Below, in pieces: positions 8,276 to 18,053 of a DNA stretch of 64,000 bases. The translations under genes and the position numbers were made by a program. The notes beneath the pieces are model-generated. The model ran no database searches and was not told where the DNA came from. It was given only the letters and a program-made list of their open reading frames with translations. Numbering within the stretch: the stretch's first letter is position 1; each line of letters opens with the position of its first letter. The stretch spans positions 537 to 64,536 of the forward strand of contig CAYTBO010000003.1 of assembly GCA_964436055.1 (NCBI GenBank), in the 5' to 3' direction. Origin of the DNA: an uncultured Ohtaekwangia sp. (GTDB taxonomy: Bacteria; Bacteroidota; Bacteroidia; Cytophagales; Cyclobacteriaceae).

Positions 8276-9520
8276 TTGAGTCAAAAAGTGGAACCTTATA
8301 AAATTACTTTTCCAGTTGAGCAACGCGTTCCTATCCTGCTGAGCGTGCCTCATTGTGGGGTGGCTTTTCCTGATGAATTAAAAGATCAATATGACGAGGG
8401 CATGATAGCGAGCCCTGATGATACGGACTGGCATGTAGATCAACTTTACGACTTTGCTTCGTCAATGGGTATTACAATGATCAGTGCGGTATACAGTCGG
8501 TGGGTTATTGATTTGAATCGTGATCCTCAAAGCAAACCATTGTATACTGACGGGAGAATAATTACAGCATTGTGTCCGACAACTGATTTTTTTGGCAATC
8601 CCATTTATAAAGACAAAAGGAAGGAGACTGCAAATAATGATGTCGCTCTCAGGCTGGAATTATATTATTACCCTTATCACAAAAAAATACAAGAATTGCT
8701 GGATGACCTGAAGCTGGAATTCGGAAAGGTAGTGCTGTGGGATTGTCACTCCATCCGGCAGTTTGTGCCTACAATCAACAAAGAAAAATTTCCCGATTTG
8801 ATTCTCGGGGATGCTGATGGGACATCCGCTTCTCCAGGCTTAATTGAGGTAGCCTTGAAAGGATTAGAGTCGGGTATGTATCAGCTTTCACATAATCATC
8901 CCTTTAAAGGAGGATATATTACTCGCCACTTTGGCAAACCCATCGATGAACAACACGCATTGCAATTGGAAATGAGTAAGGTGATGTACATGGATGATGC
9001 AGAGACAAATTATGATGAGGAAAGAGTTTCAGGAATAAGAATAATATTGAAGACAACATTTGAAGGATTGGCGGAAGTGTTGAGTCCCTCACCCCCTCCC
9101 CTCTCCCGAGGGAGAGGGGTGTCCGAAGGACGGGGTGAGAAACCTAATACATGGAGCCAAAACAAAATTCCTGACACTATATTATTTCATTCCAGAGAAA
9201 TGAGGAAAAATTCCACCGAAGCAGAAAATCTACTTTGGGCAAACCTTAGGAACAGGAAACTAGGAGGATTTAAGTTTCGGAGACAACAACACATGGAGGG
9301 ATTTATTCTGGACTTTTATTGCCATGAATCAAGATTGGGAGTAGAGGTGGATGGGGAAATTCATAATAAGAAAGAGCAAAAGGAGTATGATGAACAAAGA
9401 ACGAAATACCTTGAAGAGTTAGGAATCGAGATAATAAGATTTAAAAATGATGATGTGATTCATAATATGCATTCAGTTTTGAATGAAATCCGTAAAACAT
9501 GCCAGAAAAGAGTTCACTAA
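8276..9520 (+). CDS. hutG: N-formylglutamate amidohydrolase fused in frame to a DUF559 (Vsr-like) endonuclease domain
   Basis: TTG start. SVPHCG, DTDWHVDQLY, SRWVIDLNR, WDCHS and NHPFKGGYIT, then linker SPSPPPLSRGRGVSEGRG, then STEAENLLW..LRNRKLGGFKFRRQ..FILDFYC..LGVEVDGEIH..RF.N. Confidence 0.9.
   Translation: MSQKVEPYKITFPVEQRVPILLSVPHCGVAFPDELKDQYDEGMIASPDDTDWHVDQLYDFASSMGITMISAVYSRWVIDLNRDPQSKPLYTDGRIITALCPTTDFFGNPIYKDKRKETANNDVALRLELYYYPYHKKIQELLDDLKLEFGKVVLWDCHSIRQFVPTINKEKFPDLILGDADGTSASPGLIEVALKGLESGMYQLSHNHPFKGGYITRHFGKPIDEQHALQLEMSKVMYMDDAETNYDEERVSGIRIILKTTFEGLAEVLSPSPPPLSRGRGVSEGRGEKPNTWSQNKIPDTILFHSREMRKNSTEAENLLWANLRNRKLGGFKFRRQQHMEGFILDFYCHESRLGVEVDGEIHNKKEQKEYDEQRTKYLEELGIEIIRFKNDDVIHNMHSVLNEIRKTCQKRVH
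9088..9139. repeat. GC-rich branched palindromic element inside the hutG-DUF559 junction
   Basis: Outer arms CTCACCCC (9088-9095) / GGGGTGAG (9132-9139) enclose hairpin CCCCTCTCCC-GA-GGGAGAGGGG (9098-9119) and hairpin GTCC-GAA-GGAC (9121-9131). Confidence 0.9.
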
Positions 9521-10938
9521 ATGCTTTATCGCCATATACCAAGAATACTCAATCCATTGTGGGCAAAGAACTAAAATACTTCAAATTCAAAGCACTTCTT
9601 CAGCGCCAATCATGGATGAGCCCTGCCTACGTTGGCATAGATGAGCATGGCAATATTTCTTATTTATCCAGTGATCCGCCTTCTGAAACTTTTGCTGTTG
9701 ATGCAGTCGATGGATATGCGCTTCCCGGATTTCAAAACGCACACTCACATGCTTTTCAGTATGCAATGGCGGGTCTTGCCGAGAATCATCCTTCTGGCAC
9801 GCATGATGATTTTTGGACCTGGCGCGAAGCCATGTACCAATGTGCCTTATCAGTGGATCCCGATCAGGCAGAGGCAATTGCTGCCATGTTGTATGCCGAA
9901 ATGCTTCGCCATGGATATACGCATGTAGCGGAATTTCACTACCTCCATCACGACAAAGAAGGAAAGCCTTATAGCCAGCTGGCAGAAATGGGTGAAAGAA
10001 TGGTGTCAGCGGCAAAAACAGCCGGCATTAGAATAACGCTGATTCCGGTTTTCTATCAAAAGGGCACATTTGGACAAGACCCTCAACCTCGGCAGCGAAG
10101 GTTTATTTCCAAAACAGTTGAAACCTATTTTCGATTATTGGAAGAATCAAAGAAGGTAATTAAAAATTATCAACATGCTTCAATAGGCTTTAGTGTGCAT
10201 TCGTTGCGCGCGGCCGACTTCAATGATATTAAGGAAATTCTTTCTCAAGGACCTCAGGTCCTTCCCTTTCACATGCACGTAGCAGAGCAGAGGAAAGAGG
10301 TGAGTGATTGTTTTGCATTTAGCGGCAAACGACCTATGCAATGGGTGTTGGAGAATTTACCGGTCAATGAAAGATTTCACCTTGTTCACTCCACACATTT
10401 GGATGATCAGGAATTGACCGGCCTGGCCAAATCAGGAGCTCGCGTTGTTTTGTGCCCATCCACAGAAGGAAATCTGGGTGATGGCATTTTTCGTATGAAA
10501 GAGTACATAAAAATGGGAGGCAGGTGGTCAATCGGCACCGACAGCCATATTGGTCTTAATCCGTTGGAGGAATTTAGAATGATTGACTACAGGCAACGAT
10601 TGATAACAAACGAAAGGAACACCTTTGAAGGCGATGCAGCCCATCAAATGATCAATGAAGAAATTCAATCGGGGCGCAAGGCGATGGGCATAGATTCCTC
10701 TGAAAATTTTGAAATCGGCCGTGGCTTTGATGCCGTTGTATTCAATGCTCAATTCCCCTTGCTCTCAACCACAAAGCTTGAGAACATACTATCCTCTATT
10801 GTATACTCTGCTGATGCTCATGCCCTGTTGGGCACTATGGTAAACGGAAGGTGGGTGGTGAAATTCAATACGCATAAGGAATCGGACAGGATCAGGCGAA
10901 ATTTTTTTACAGCACTTCAACAACTGAATAACCGGTAG
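9499..10938 (+). CDS. hutF: Formimidoylglutamate deiminase
   Basis: PGFQNAHSHAFQ, AEFHYLHH, HSLRA, HMHVAEQ..E, CPSTEGNLGDG and GTDSH motifs; adjacent to hutG. Confidence 0.93.
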   Translation: MPEKSSLNALSPYTKNTQSIVGKELKYFKFKALLQRQSWMSPAYVGIDEHGNISYLSSDPPSETFAVDAVDGYALPGFQNAHSHAFQYAMAGLAENHPSGTHDDFWTWREAMYQCALSVDPDQAEAIAAMLYAEMLRHGYTHVAEFHYLHHDKEGKPYSQLAEMGERMVSAAKTAGIRITLIPVFYQKGTFGQDPQPRQRRFISKTVETYFRLLEESKKVIKNYQHASIGFSVHSLRAADFNDIKEILSQGPQVLPFHMHVAEQRKEVSDCFAFSGKRPMQWVLENLPVNERFHLVHSTHLDDQELTGLAKSGARVVLCPSTEGNLGDGIFRMKEYIKMGGRWSIGTDSHIGLNPLEEFRMIDYRQRLITNERNTFEGDAAHQMINEEIQSGRKAMGIDSSENFEIGRGFDAVVFNAQFPLLSTTKLENILSSIVYSADAHALLGTMVNGRWVVKFNTHKESDRIRRNFFTALQQLNNR

Positions 10939-11043
10939 GCTGTTGCGCTTTGGCCAAATTCGTTTGACGTAAGCCGATCAAATAATTCCCCTAGGAAAGC
11001 AATACTTCTTTTAGTACTTAAGCGGGTTCAAAACCTAATTACT

Positions 11044-14000
11044 ATGAGAAGAATTTACCTGCTGACTGTCATCGGACTTATGCTGGCGGTCACACTTTTG
11101 GCACAAAGAAAATCAAAAACCCCTGCACCACAAACTGCGTCATCGGCATTCAAGGCTGAATTATATAAAGGAATCAAGTGGAGAAATATTGGCCCGTTTC
11201 GCGGTGGCCGCTCCAATGCCATATCCGGCGTGGTCAACAATGACATGCTCTACTATGTGGGCTATACCGGAGGTGGAGTCTGGAAAACGGATAATGCCGG
11301 CAGTAGTTGGGTAAATATATCCGATGGTTTTTTTAAGACCAGCTCGGTCGGAGATATTGCTGTGTCAGAGTCTGACCCCAATGTCATTTATGTTGGCATG
11401 GGGGAGCATGCTGTTCGTGGTGTAATGACTTCTTATGGTGACGGCGTTTACAAATCAACGGATGCCGGAGCTACATGGAAATACGTAGGACTGGAAAATT
11501 CCAGGCATATTTCTGATGTTATCGTTCATCCGAATAATCCGGATATCGTTTATGTTGCTGCTCAGGGAACCGTTCATGGTCCGAATGCCGATAGAGGGAT
11601 TTTTAAGTCTACGGATGGAGGAGCAACCTGGAGGAAAACCTTGTTTGTGGATGAGAATTCAGGGGCATCCAGTCTGAGTATGGACATGAACAACCCACGT
11701 ATTTTATATGCAGCCACCTGGCAGCACAGGCGTTATCCATGGAAAGTAGAAAGTGGAGGACCCGGATCGACTCTATGGAAATCTACGGATGGAGGGGAAA
11801 CATGGGCTAAAATAATCGAAGGTCTTCCAAAGGAATTGGGTAAAATGGGCATTTCTGTTTCAAGAGCCAATTCCAACAGGGTATATGCAATTGTTGAAAC
11901 TGAAAAATCCAAATCAGGACTTTATCGCTCCGATGATGGCGGGAAGAAGTGGGCTTTGTTAAGCAACAATCAGGATATCAGTTCCCGGTCCTGGTATTAC
12001 ATGGAAGTGTTTGCCGATCCGATAAATGAAGATATCGTATACGTGCTCAATGCGCCCATGATGCGCTCCATTGATGGAGGAAAGAATTTTCAACAAGTAC
12101 CTGTGGGCCATGGGGATACGCATGACCTATGGATCAATCCAAAGAATAATAATAACCTGATACTGGGAGATGATGGCGGAGCAGAAATTACATTCAACCG
12201 CGGGGTGACCTGGAGCACACTGGGAAATCAACCCACAGCTCAATTTTACCGGGTGAATGCTGATCAGGTTTTTCCATTTAAAGTATATGGAGGGCAGCAA
12301 GACAATACATCGGTCGTCATTTCAAGCCGTACAAACACGATGGGAATCACCACCAGCGATTGGTTTGCAGGGCCCGGTTGCGAAAGCGCTTACATCGCAT
12401 TCAACCCGGTCAACCCGGAATTGTTAATCGGTGGATGTTATCAGGGGCAGATCAATGTGATGGATGTAAATACCAATGAACGAAAAGACGTGCGGCAATA
12501 TCCAGCCAGCTACCTTGCCTACGAGGCAAAAGACATGAAGTACCGCTACAATTGGAATGCGCCTATTGTTTCATCTCCGCACAACTCGAACACCGTATAT
12601 CATACAGGGAATGTTGTCTTTAAGTCAACGGATTGGGGACAAAATTGGGAGGTTATTAGTCCGGATCTCACCAGAAATGATTCGACTAAACAAGGCGAAG
12701 GGGGAGGACCATTTACCAATGAGGGTGCTGGTGGCGAAAACTACAACACGATTTATTACCTGATTGAGTCACCGCATGAAAGCGGGGTGATTTATACCGG
12801 AAGTGATTGTGGATTGGTACACATCACCAAAGATGGAGGGAAATCCTGGCAAAATATTACACCTCCCGGATTGCCTGAAAGTCTGATCAGCTCCATTGAA
12901 GTTTCTCCGTTTGACAAAGGAACTGCCTATATCTCAGCTTCGCGTTATAAGTTTAATGACTATAGCAACATGACTTACAAGACTACCGATTATGGCAAGT
13001 CGTGGACCAGAATAGGTAATGGTGTAGATGCTAATGATTTTATCAAAGTTATCCGGGAAGACAAGAAAGTAAAGGATCTTTTGTATGCCGGAGCGGAGCA
13101 TGGATTTTATGTTTCATTTAACGGAGGGACCTCATGGAACAGGCTACAGTTGAATTTGCCCGTGGTGCCTGTGACCGATTTAATTATCCAGGGCAATGAC
13201 CTGGTGGCTTCAACCGCCGGTCGCGCATTCTGGATTTTAGATGACCTGGGGGCAATTCAACAAACCAAAGGAGCGTTTGGGAATGCTTCTATTAAGTTGT
13301 TTAACCCTAAGCCTACTTACCGGTTTACCAGCTTTTCGCCACCGTGGATGCCTATTCCACCAGGAATTGGACAAAATCCTTTGAATGGGGTGATCCTGGA
13401 TTATTACCTCAAAGATAAAGCAGACACTGCTAACATAATAACGCTGGAGGTAATGGATGCAGCCGGCAAAATCATCAGAAAGTACACCAGCAAAAAAGAC
13501 GAAAAATTCAAACCCTATCCGGGAGGTCCTCCGGCTCCCCAGGTAATTCCTGCTGAAGCCGGGATCAATCGATTTGCCTGGGATTTTCGACATGACAACA
13601 TAAAAGACGTGCCTAATGCTTACGTATATGGAAGTTATCGTGGCCATCAGGTTGCGCCTGGAAAATACAAAGCAAGGATGACCTATAAAGGAGAAACCTC
13701 TGAGACCGATATGGAAGTGGTTCAGGACCCCAGGGTGAAAGCGACTTCCGCCGAATGGGCGACCCAACAGCAATTTCTTTCCGAAGTTGAATCCACCATT
13801 GAGGAAATTCACACCTCCATTATTTCGATGAGGAAAATGAAAAAGCAAATCGAAACGTATAATGAGATGCTGAAGGATCAGACTGACAAGAAGGATGTGA
13901 TTGATGCAGGAAAATCCTTAATAAAGAAGATGGCGGATTGGGAATCCAACGTAATAGAAACCCGGCAAAAGAACGGGCAAGATGTCATTAACTGGCCCAG

Positions 14001-14214
14001 CAAACTCAATGCAGAGTTCTTTCAGTTGTTAAATGCCGCTGACGAACATGAGCCGGCACTGACCAAGGGTGCAATAGATCGCAGAAGGGATATTGATGCG
14101 CAATGGACTCAATACAAGCAAGATTTGAAATCCATTATGGATAAAGAGGTGGCGGCCTATAACGAAATGTTCCGGACGCGAAATATTCCTGCCATCGTGG
14201 TGAATCAGAACTAA
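11044..14214 (+). CDS. VPS10/BNR (Asp-box) beta-propeller glycosyl hydrolase-like protein, paralog 1
   Basis: Signal peptide, WRNIGPFRGGRS, many S.DGG.TW Asp-boxes, HGDTHDLWI, PTAQFY, ISPDLTRN; helical C-terminus. Confidence 0.85.
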   Translation: MRRIYLLTVIGLMLAVTLLAQRKSKTPAPQTASSAFKAELYKGIKWRNIGPFRGGRSNAISGVVNNDMLYYVGYTGGGVWKTDNAGSSWVNISDGFFKTSSVGDIAVSESDPNVIYVGMGEHAVRGVMTSYGDGVYKSTDAGATWKYVGLENSRHISDVIVHPNNPDIVYVAAQGTVHGPNADRGIFKSTDGGATWRKTLFVDENSGASSLSMDMNNPRILYAATWQHRRYPWKVESGGPGSTLWKSTDGGETWAKIIEGLPKELGKMGISVSRANSNRVYAIVETEKSKSGLYRSDDGGKKWALLSNNQDISSRSWYYMEVFADPINEDIVYVLNAPMMRSIDGGKNFQQVPVGHGDTHDLWINPKNNNNLILGDDGGAEITFNRGVTWSTLGNQPTAQFYRVNADQVFPFKVYGGQQDNTSVVISSRTNTMGITTSDWFAGPGCESAYIAFNPVNPELLIGGCYQGQINVMDVNTNERKDVRQYPASYLAYEAKDMKYRYNWNAPIVSSPHNSNTVYHTGNVVFKSTDWGQNWEVISPDLTRNDSTKQGEGGGPFTNEGAGGENYNTIYYLIESPHESGVIYTGSDCGLVHITKDGGKSWQNITPPGLPESLISSIEVSPFDKGTAYISASRYKFNDYSNMTYKTTDYGKSWTRIGNGVDANDFIKVIREDKKVKDLLYAGAEHGFYVSFNGGTSWNRLQLNLPVVPVTDLIIQGNDLVASTAGRAFWILDDLGAIQQTKGAFGNASIKLFNPKPTYRFTSFSPPWMPIPPGIGQNPLNGVILDYYLKDKADTANIITLEVMDAAGKIIRKYTSKKDEKFKPYPGGPPAPQVIPAEAGINRFAWDFRHDNIKDVPNAYVYGSYRGHQVAPGKYKARMTYKGETSETDMEVVQDPRVKATSAEWATQQQFLSEVESTIEEIHTSIISMRKMKKQIETYNEMLKDQTDKKDVIDAGKSLIKKMADWESNVIETRQKNGQDVINWPSKLNAEFFQLLNAADEHEPALTKGAIDRRRDIDAQWTQYKQDLKSIMDKEVAAYNEMFRTRNIPAIVVNQN

Positions 14215-14244
14215 ATGATTTTAGTCATATGAAAAATATACAAT

Positions 14245-17200
14245 ATGAAAACTAAGGCAATTCTTACACTTATTCTGCTTTGCTTTCTATCAGAAGGATT
14301 TTCACAACGTAAAAAGCAAGGGGCCTCGACTTCTACATCTACTTCGGACGTTGTTTATAATCAGGAAGTATATGCGGGCATGGTCTGGCGGGAGCTTGGA
14401 CCATTCCGTGGTGGAAGATCGGTAACGGCTACCGGTGTCGTTGGCGATCCGAATACCTATTACTTTGGAGGTGTAGGTGGTGGCGTGTGGAAGAGCGTAG
14501 ATGCCGGACAAACATGGTTCAACATTACCGATGATTATTTTGGAGGCACTATTGGGGCGGTGGCTGTTTCCGAAAGCGACCCGAATGTAATTTATGTCGG
14601 TGAGGGTGAGCAGGGTGTTCGCAGCAATGTTTCATCCGGATGGGGTGTATGGAAATCAATGGATGCGGGCAAAACCTGGAAACATATTGGGTTGCGCGAT
14701 TCAAAACATATCGGACGCATACGAATTCATCCAAAAAATCCCGATCTCGTATATGTTGCCGCTATGGGGAATCTATGGAAACCTAATGAAATGCGTGGCG
14801 TGTACCGAAGCAAGGATGGAGGGGTAAACTGGGAACGGGTACTCTATGTTGGCGATAAAGCCGGCGCTGTTGATTTAACCTTTGATCCGGGTAATGCCCG
14901 CGTACTTTATGCCAGTACCTGGAATATAAAACGCAATGGTTATCGAATGGACAGCGGCGGTCCGGATTCCAAATTGTGGAAGAGTATCGATGGAGGTGAT
15001 ACCTGGGACGAACTCACGGATAACCCGGGGATGCCGAAGGGAACAAATGGAATTATTGGGGTAACCGTCTCGCCATTGAACTCCAACAGGGTTTGGGCCA
15101 TAATCGAAAATGTGGACGGAGGAGTTTTCCGCTCGGACAATGCCGGTGAGACTTGGACAAAAGTAAATCAGGACAGGGCCTTGCGTCAACGGGCCTGGTA
15201 CTATACGCGAATATATGCAGACACACAGAATGAAGACAAGGTATGGGTGATGAATGTGAGCTATGGTGTATCAAATGACGGGGGGAGAACTTTTGAACTG
15301 AAAAATGCTCCTCATGGTGATCATCATGACCTATGGATTGACCCCTATAACAATCAACGCATGGTCATCGCTGATGATGGAGGCGCACAGGTATCCAATG
15401 ACGGAGGAGAGAATTGGACTACCTACCACAATCAGCCAACTGCGCAGTTTTACAGAGTAACTACTGACAACCATTTCCCCTATCGGATTTATGGCGCTCA
15501 ACAAGATAATTCCAGCGTTCGCATCAATCACCGAGGCACAGGTGGTTCTATAACTCAAAGCGACTGGGTGGCGCTTGCTATTGGTGAAAGCGCCCATCTT
15601 GCACCGGATCCCCTGAATAACAATTTAATTTATGGCAGTGACTACAAAGGGTATATGACGATGCAGGATCTTGAAACAGGTCAGGAAAGGTCAACCAACG
15701 TTTGGCCTGATTTACCTGCAGGTTCAGGAGCTGAAGTGATGAAATATCGTTTCAATTGGAATTATCCTATCGGATTCAGCCCGCATGATCCGAAGAAATT
15801 GTATGCTGGTTCCAATCATCTTCATGTTACCACCAATGGAGGCTTTAGCTGGGAGACCATCAGTCCAGACCTGACCAGAAATGATCCTGAAACCATTAAG
15901 TCATCCGGTGGGCCTATCACACAGGATAATACAGGAGCTGAATACTATGCCAATATTTTTGCGATCACGGAGTCGCCCTATACCAAAGATGAAATCTGGA
16001 CAGGCTCTGACGATGGATTAATTCACCTAACACTGGATGGAGGTAAGAGCTGGAACAATGTTACGCCATCCATGGCGCCAAAAAATAACATGATGAATAG
16101 CATTGATGTGAATCCATTTGTAAAAGGAGGCGCCTATGTAGTGGGTACATCTTACAAATTTGGAGACAACACACCATACATCTATAAAACCAATGACTAC
16201 GGTAAATCCTGGTCGGTGATTACCAAGGGTATTCCTGCCGAAGAATATGTTCGTGTTGTTCGTGCGGATCCAAAACGTCAGGGATTATTGTATGCCGGTA
16301 CAGAGAAGGGAATGTGGATTTCGTTTGATGATGGTGCCAACTGGTCGAAGTTTCAATTGAACTTGCCGCCGGTTCCTATTCATGAGCTTGCATTAAAAAA
16401 TGATAACCTGATAGCAGCGACTCATGGGAGGGGATTCTGGCTTATTGATGACCTCACACCATTGCATCAGGTATCGAAAGAAATTGAAGCAAAGAAATCT
16501 CACTTGTTCAAACCGATGCCAAGTTATCGGATGGCTGGCGGCCCAAGTTTCTGGGGCATCGACCGAAGGTTGGAAGGAGAAAATCATCCGGGTGGGGTAA
16601 TGATGCATTTCTATCTGGCATCCCTGGCTGAAGGTGATGAAGTGAAAATCGAAATTACAGAAATGGATGGGAATTTGATACAAACCTTCTCCAATAAGGC
16701 AATAGATGGGAATTCCCAATTTAAGGTGAATAAAGGAGGGAACCGGTTTGTGTGGAATATGCGATATCCGGGATATAAGACTTTTCCAGGATTGGTGTTT
16801 TACTCATCTCCTAATTTAGGGCCCAAAGCAGTGCCAGGTAAATACAAAGTCCGGCTTACGGCCCACGGCCAGGTGACAGAGCAAGAGTTTGAAATATTGA
16901 AGGATCCCAGACTAAAAACCACCGATAACGAGTACAAGCAGCAATTTGACTTTTTATCGAAAGTGCGCGACAAGGTAAGCGATGCCCACCAGGGAATTTT
17001 AGATATCCAGAAAATCAAATCAGACCTGGGGTATGTAAAGTCGAAAGTGGATGTTAAGCCGGAAAACAAAGATTTGCTGGACGCAATTAAAAAATTTGAA
17101 GACAACATCGATGTCATTGAAAACAATATTCACCAAACCAAAAATCAGGCAAGGCAAGATCCGCTCAACTATGGCATAAAGTTGAACAACAGGCTTGCGT

Positions 17201-17403
17201 TCCTTATTTACGAGCAGGGGCAGGGGGATTTCCCGCCAACTAAACAGGCAGAGGAAGTTAGAATGGATTTGACAAACAAGATTGATGCAGAACTAACCAA
17301 ACTGAACTCCTTAATTGACTCCAATGTCAATAGTATTAATGAGATGGTCAAAGAGAAAGGCATAGAAATGGTGATGATCAAAAAGGAACCAACGAAAATG
17401 TAG
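14245..17403 (+). CDS. VPS10/BNR (Asp-box) beta-propeller glycosyl hydrolase-like protein, paralog 2
   Basis: Same architecture and shared motifs (GPFRGGRS, HGDHHDLWI, PTAQFY, YRFNWN.P, ISPDLTRN). Confidence 0.85.
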   Translation: MKTKAILTLILLCFLSEGFSQRKKQGASTSTSTSDVVYNQEVYAGMVWRELGPFRGGRSVTATGVVGDPNTYYFGGVGGGVWKSVDAGQTWFNITDDYFGGTIGAVAVSESDPNVIYVGEGEQGVRSNVSSGWGVWKSMDAGKTWKHIGLRDSKHIGRIRIHPKNPDLVYVAAMGNLWKPNEMRGVYRSKDGGVNWERVLYVGDKAGAVDLTFDPGNARVLYASTWNIKRNGYRMDSGGPDSKLWKSIDGGDTWDELTDNPGMPKGTNGIIGVTVSPLNSNRVWAIIENVDGGVFRSDNAGETWTKVNQDRALRQRAWYYTRIYADTQNEDKVWVMNVSYGVSNDGGRTFELKNAPHGDHHDLWIDPYNNQRMVIADDGGAQVSNDGGENWTTYHNQPTAQFYRVTTDNHFPYRIYGAQQDNSSVRINHRGTGGSITQSDWVALAIGESAHLAPDPLNNNLIYGSDYKGYMTMQDLETGQERSTNVWPDLPAGSGAEVMKYRFNWNYPIGFSPHDPKKLYAGSNHLHVTTNGGFSWETISPDLTRNDPETIKSSGGPITQDNTGAEYYANIFAITESPYTKDEIWTGSDDGLIHLTLDGGKSWNNVTPSMAPKNNMMNSIDVNPFVKGGAYVVGTSYKFGDNTPYIYKTNDYGKSWSVITKGIPAEEYVRVVRADPKRQGLLYAGTEKGMWISFDDGANWSKFQLNLPPVPIHELALKNDNLIAATHGRGFWLIDDLTPLHQVSKEIEAKKSHLFKPMPSYRMAGGPSFWGIDRRLEGENHPGGVMMHFYLASLAEGDEVKIEITEMDGNLIQTFSNKAIDGNSQFKVNKGGNRFVWNMRYPGYKTFPGLVFYSSPNLGPKAVPGKYKVRLTAHGQVTEQEFEILKDPRLKTTDNEYKQQFDFLSKVRDKVSDAHQGILDIQKIKSDLGYVKSKVDVKPENKDLLDAIKKFEDNIDVIENNIHQTKNQARQDPLNYGIKLNNRLAFLIYEQGQGDFPPTKQAEEVRMDLTNKIDAELTKLNSLIDSNVNSINEMVKEKGIEMVMIKKEPTKM

Positions 17404-17651
17404 TATAAGCCTTAGTTAAAACAGCTCTAACTATTCTAACTGTATGAGGATAAATCTATTTCTTATTCCTTTTTTGAACGTTGTGAGTACATCCATAAAC
17501 CGTTTATTATCAAGATGAAGAATGAGATAGGTGAGTTTATAAGAATGCATTGGCTAAACAAACGCGTGGTTGCAGAACCTTGATTAAAATACTAAAACTG
17601 TTCTAATGCTTTCCATTTAGTCCATATGAGTCGATTTCTTACCTTTGTGGT

Positions 17652-18053
17652 GTGGGTAAAAAGGAGATTATAGCACATTGGAATAAAATGGCAGATCGTG
17701 ATTGGATAAGTGCCCAAGCGCTCTTCCATGCAGGTCAATACATTCACACATTATTTTTTTGTCACCTTGTTATTGAAAAATTGCTTAAAGCAATATGGAC
17801 AAGGGACAATATGGAAAATGAAGTACCACGTATTCACGATCTTGAATACCTATACAGTCAAACAGACATGACTTTATCATCAGAACAAGTCGATTTTCTT
17901 CGTTTAATCAATTCATGGAATCTTGATGGACGTTATCAGGACTACAAGGACAAATTTTATAAAGCCACGACCCGGACCTACACACAAGAAAAATTGCAAA
18001 AAGTAGACGACCTAAGATTATGGTTACAATCCGAATTGCAAAAGAAAGGATAA
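17652..18053 (+). CDS. HEPN domain protein
   Basis: GTG start; FFCHLVIEKLLKA, PRIHDL..L and GRYQDY motifs. Confidence 0.85.
   Translation: MGKKEIIAHWNKMADRDWISAQALFHAGQYIHTLFFCHLVIEKLLKAIWTRDNMENEVPRIHDLEYLYSQTDMTLSSEQVDFLRLINSWNLDGRYQDYKDKFYKATTRTYTQEKLQKVDDLRLWLQSELQKKG

Noticed and set aside
11044-17403. Specific sialidase or xyloglucanase call for the BNR proteins
   Set aside because: Asp-boxes are structural and shared by many propellers; no diagnostic catalytic motif recognised.
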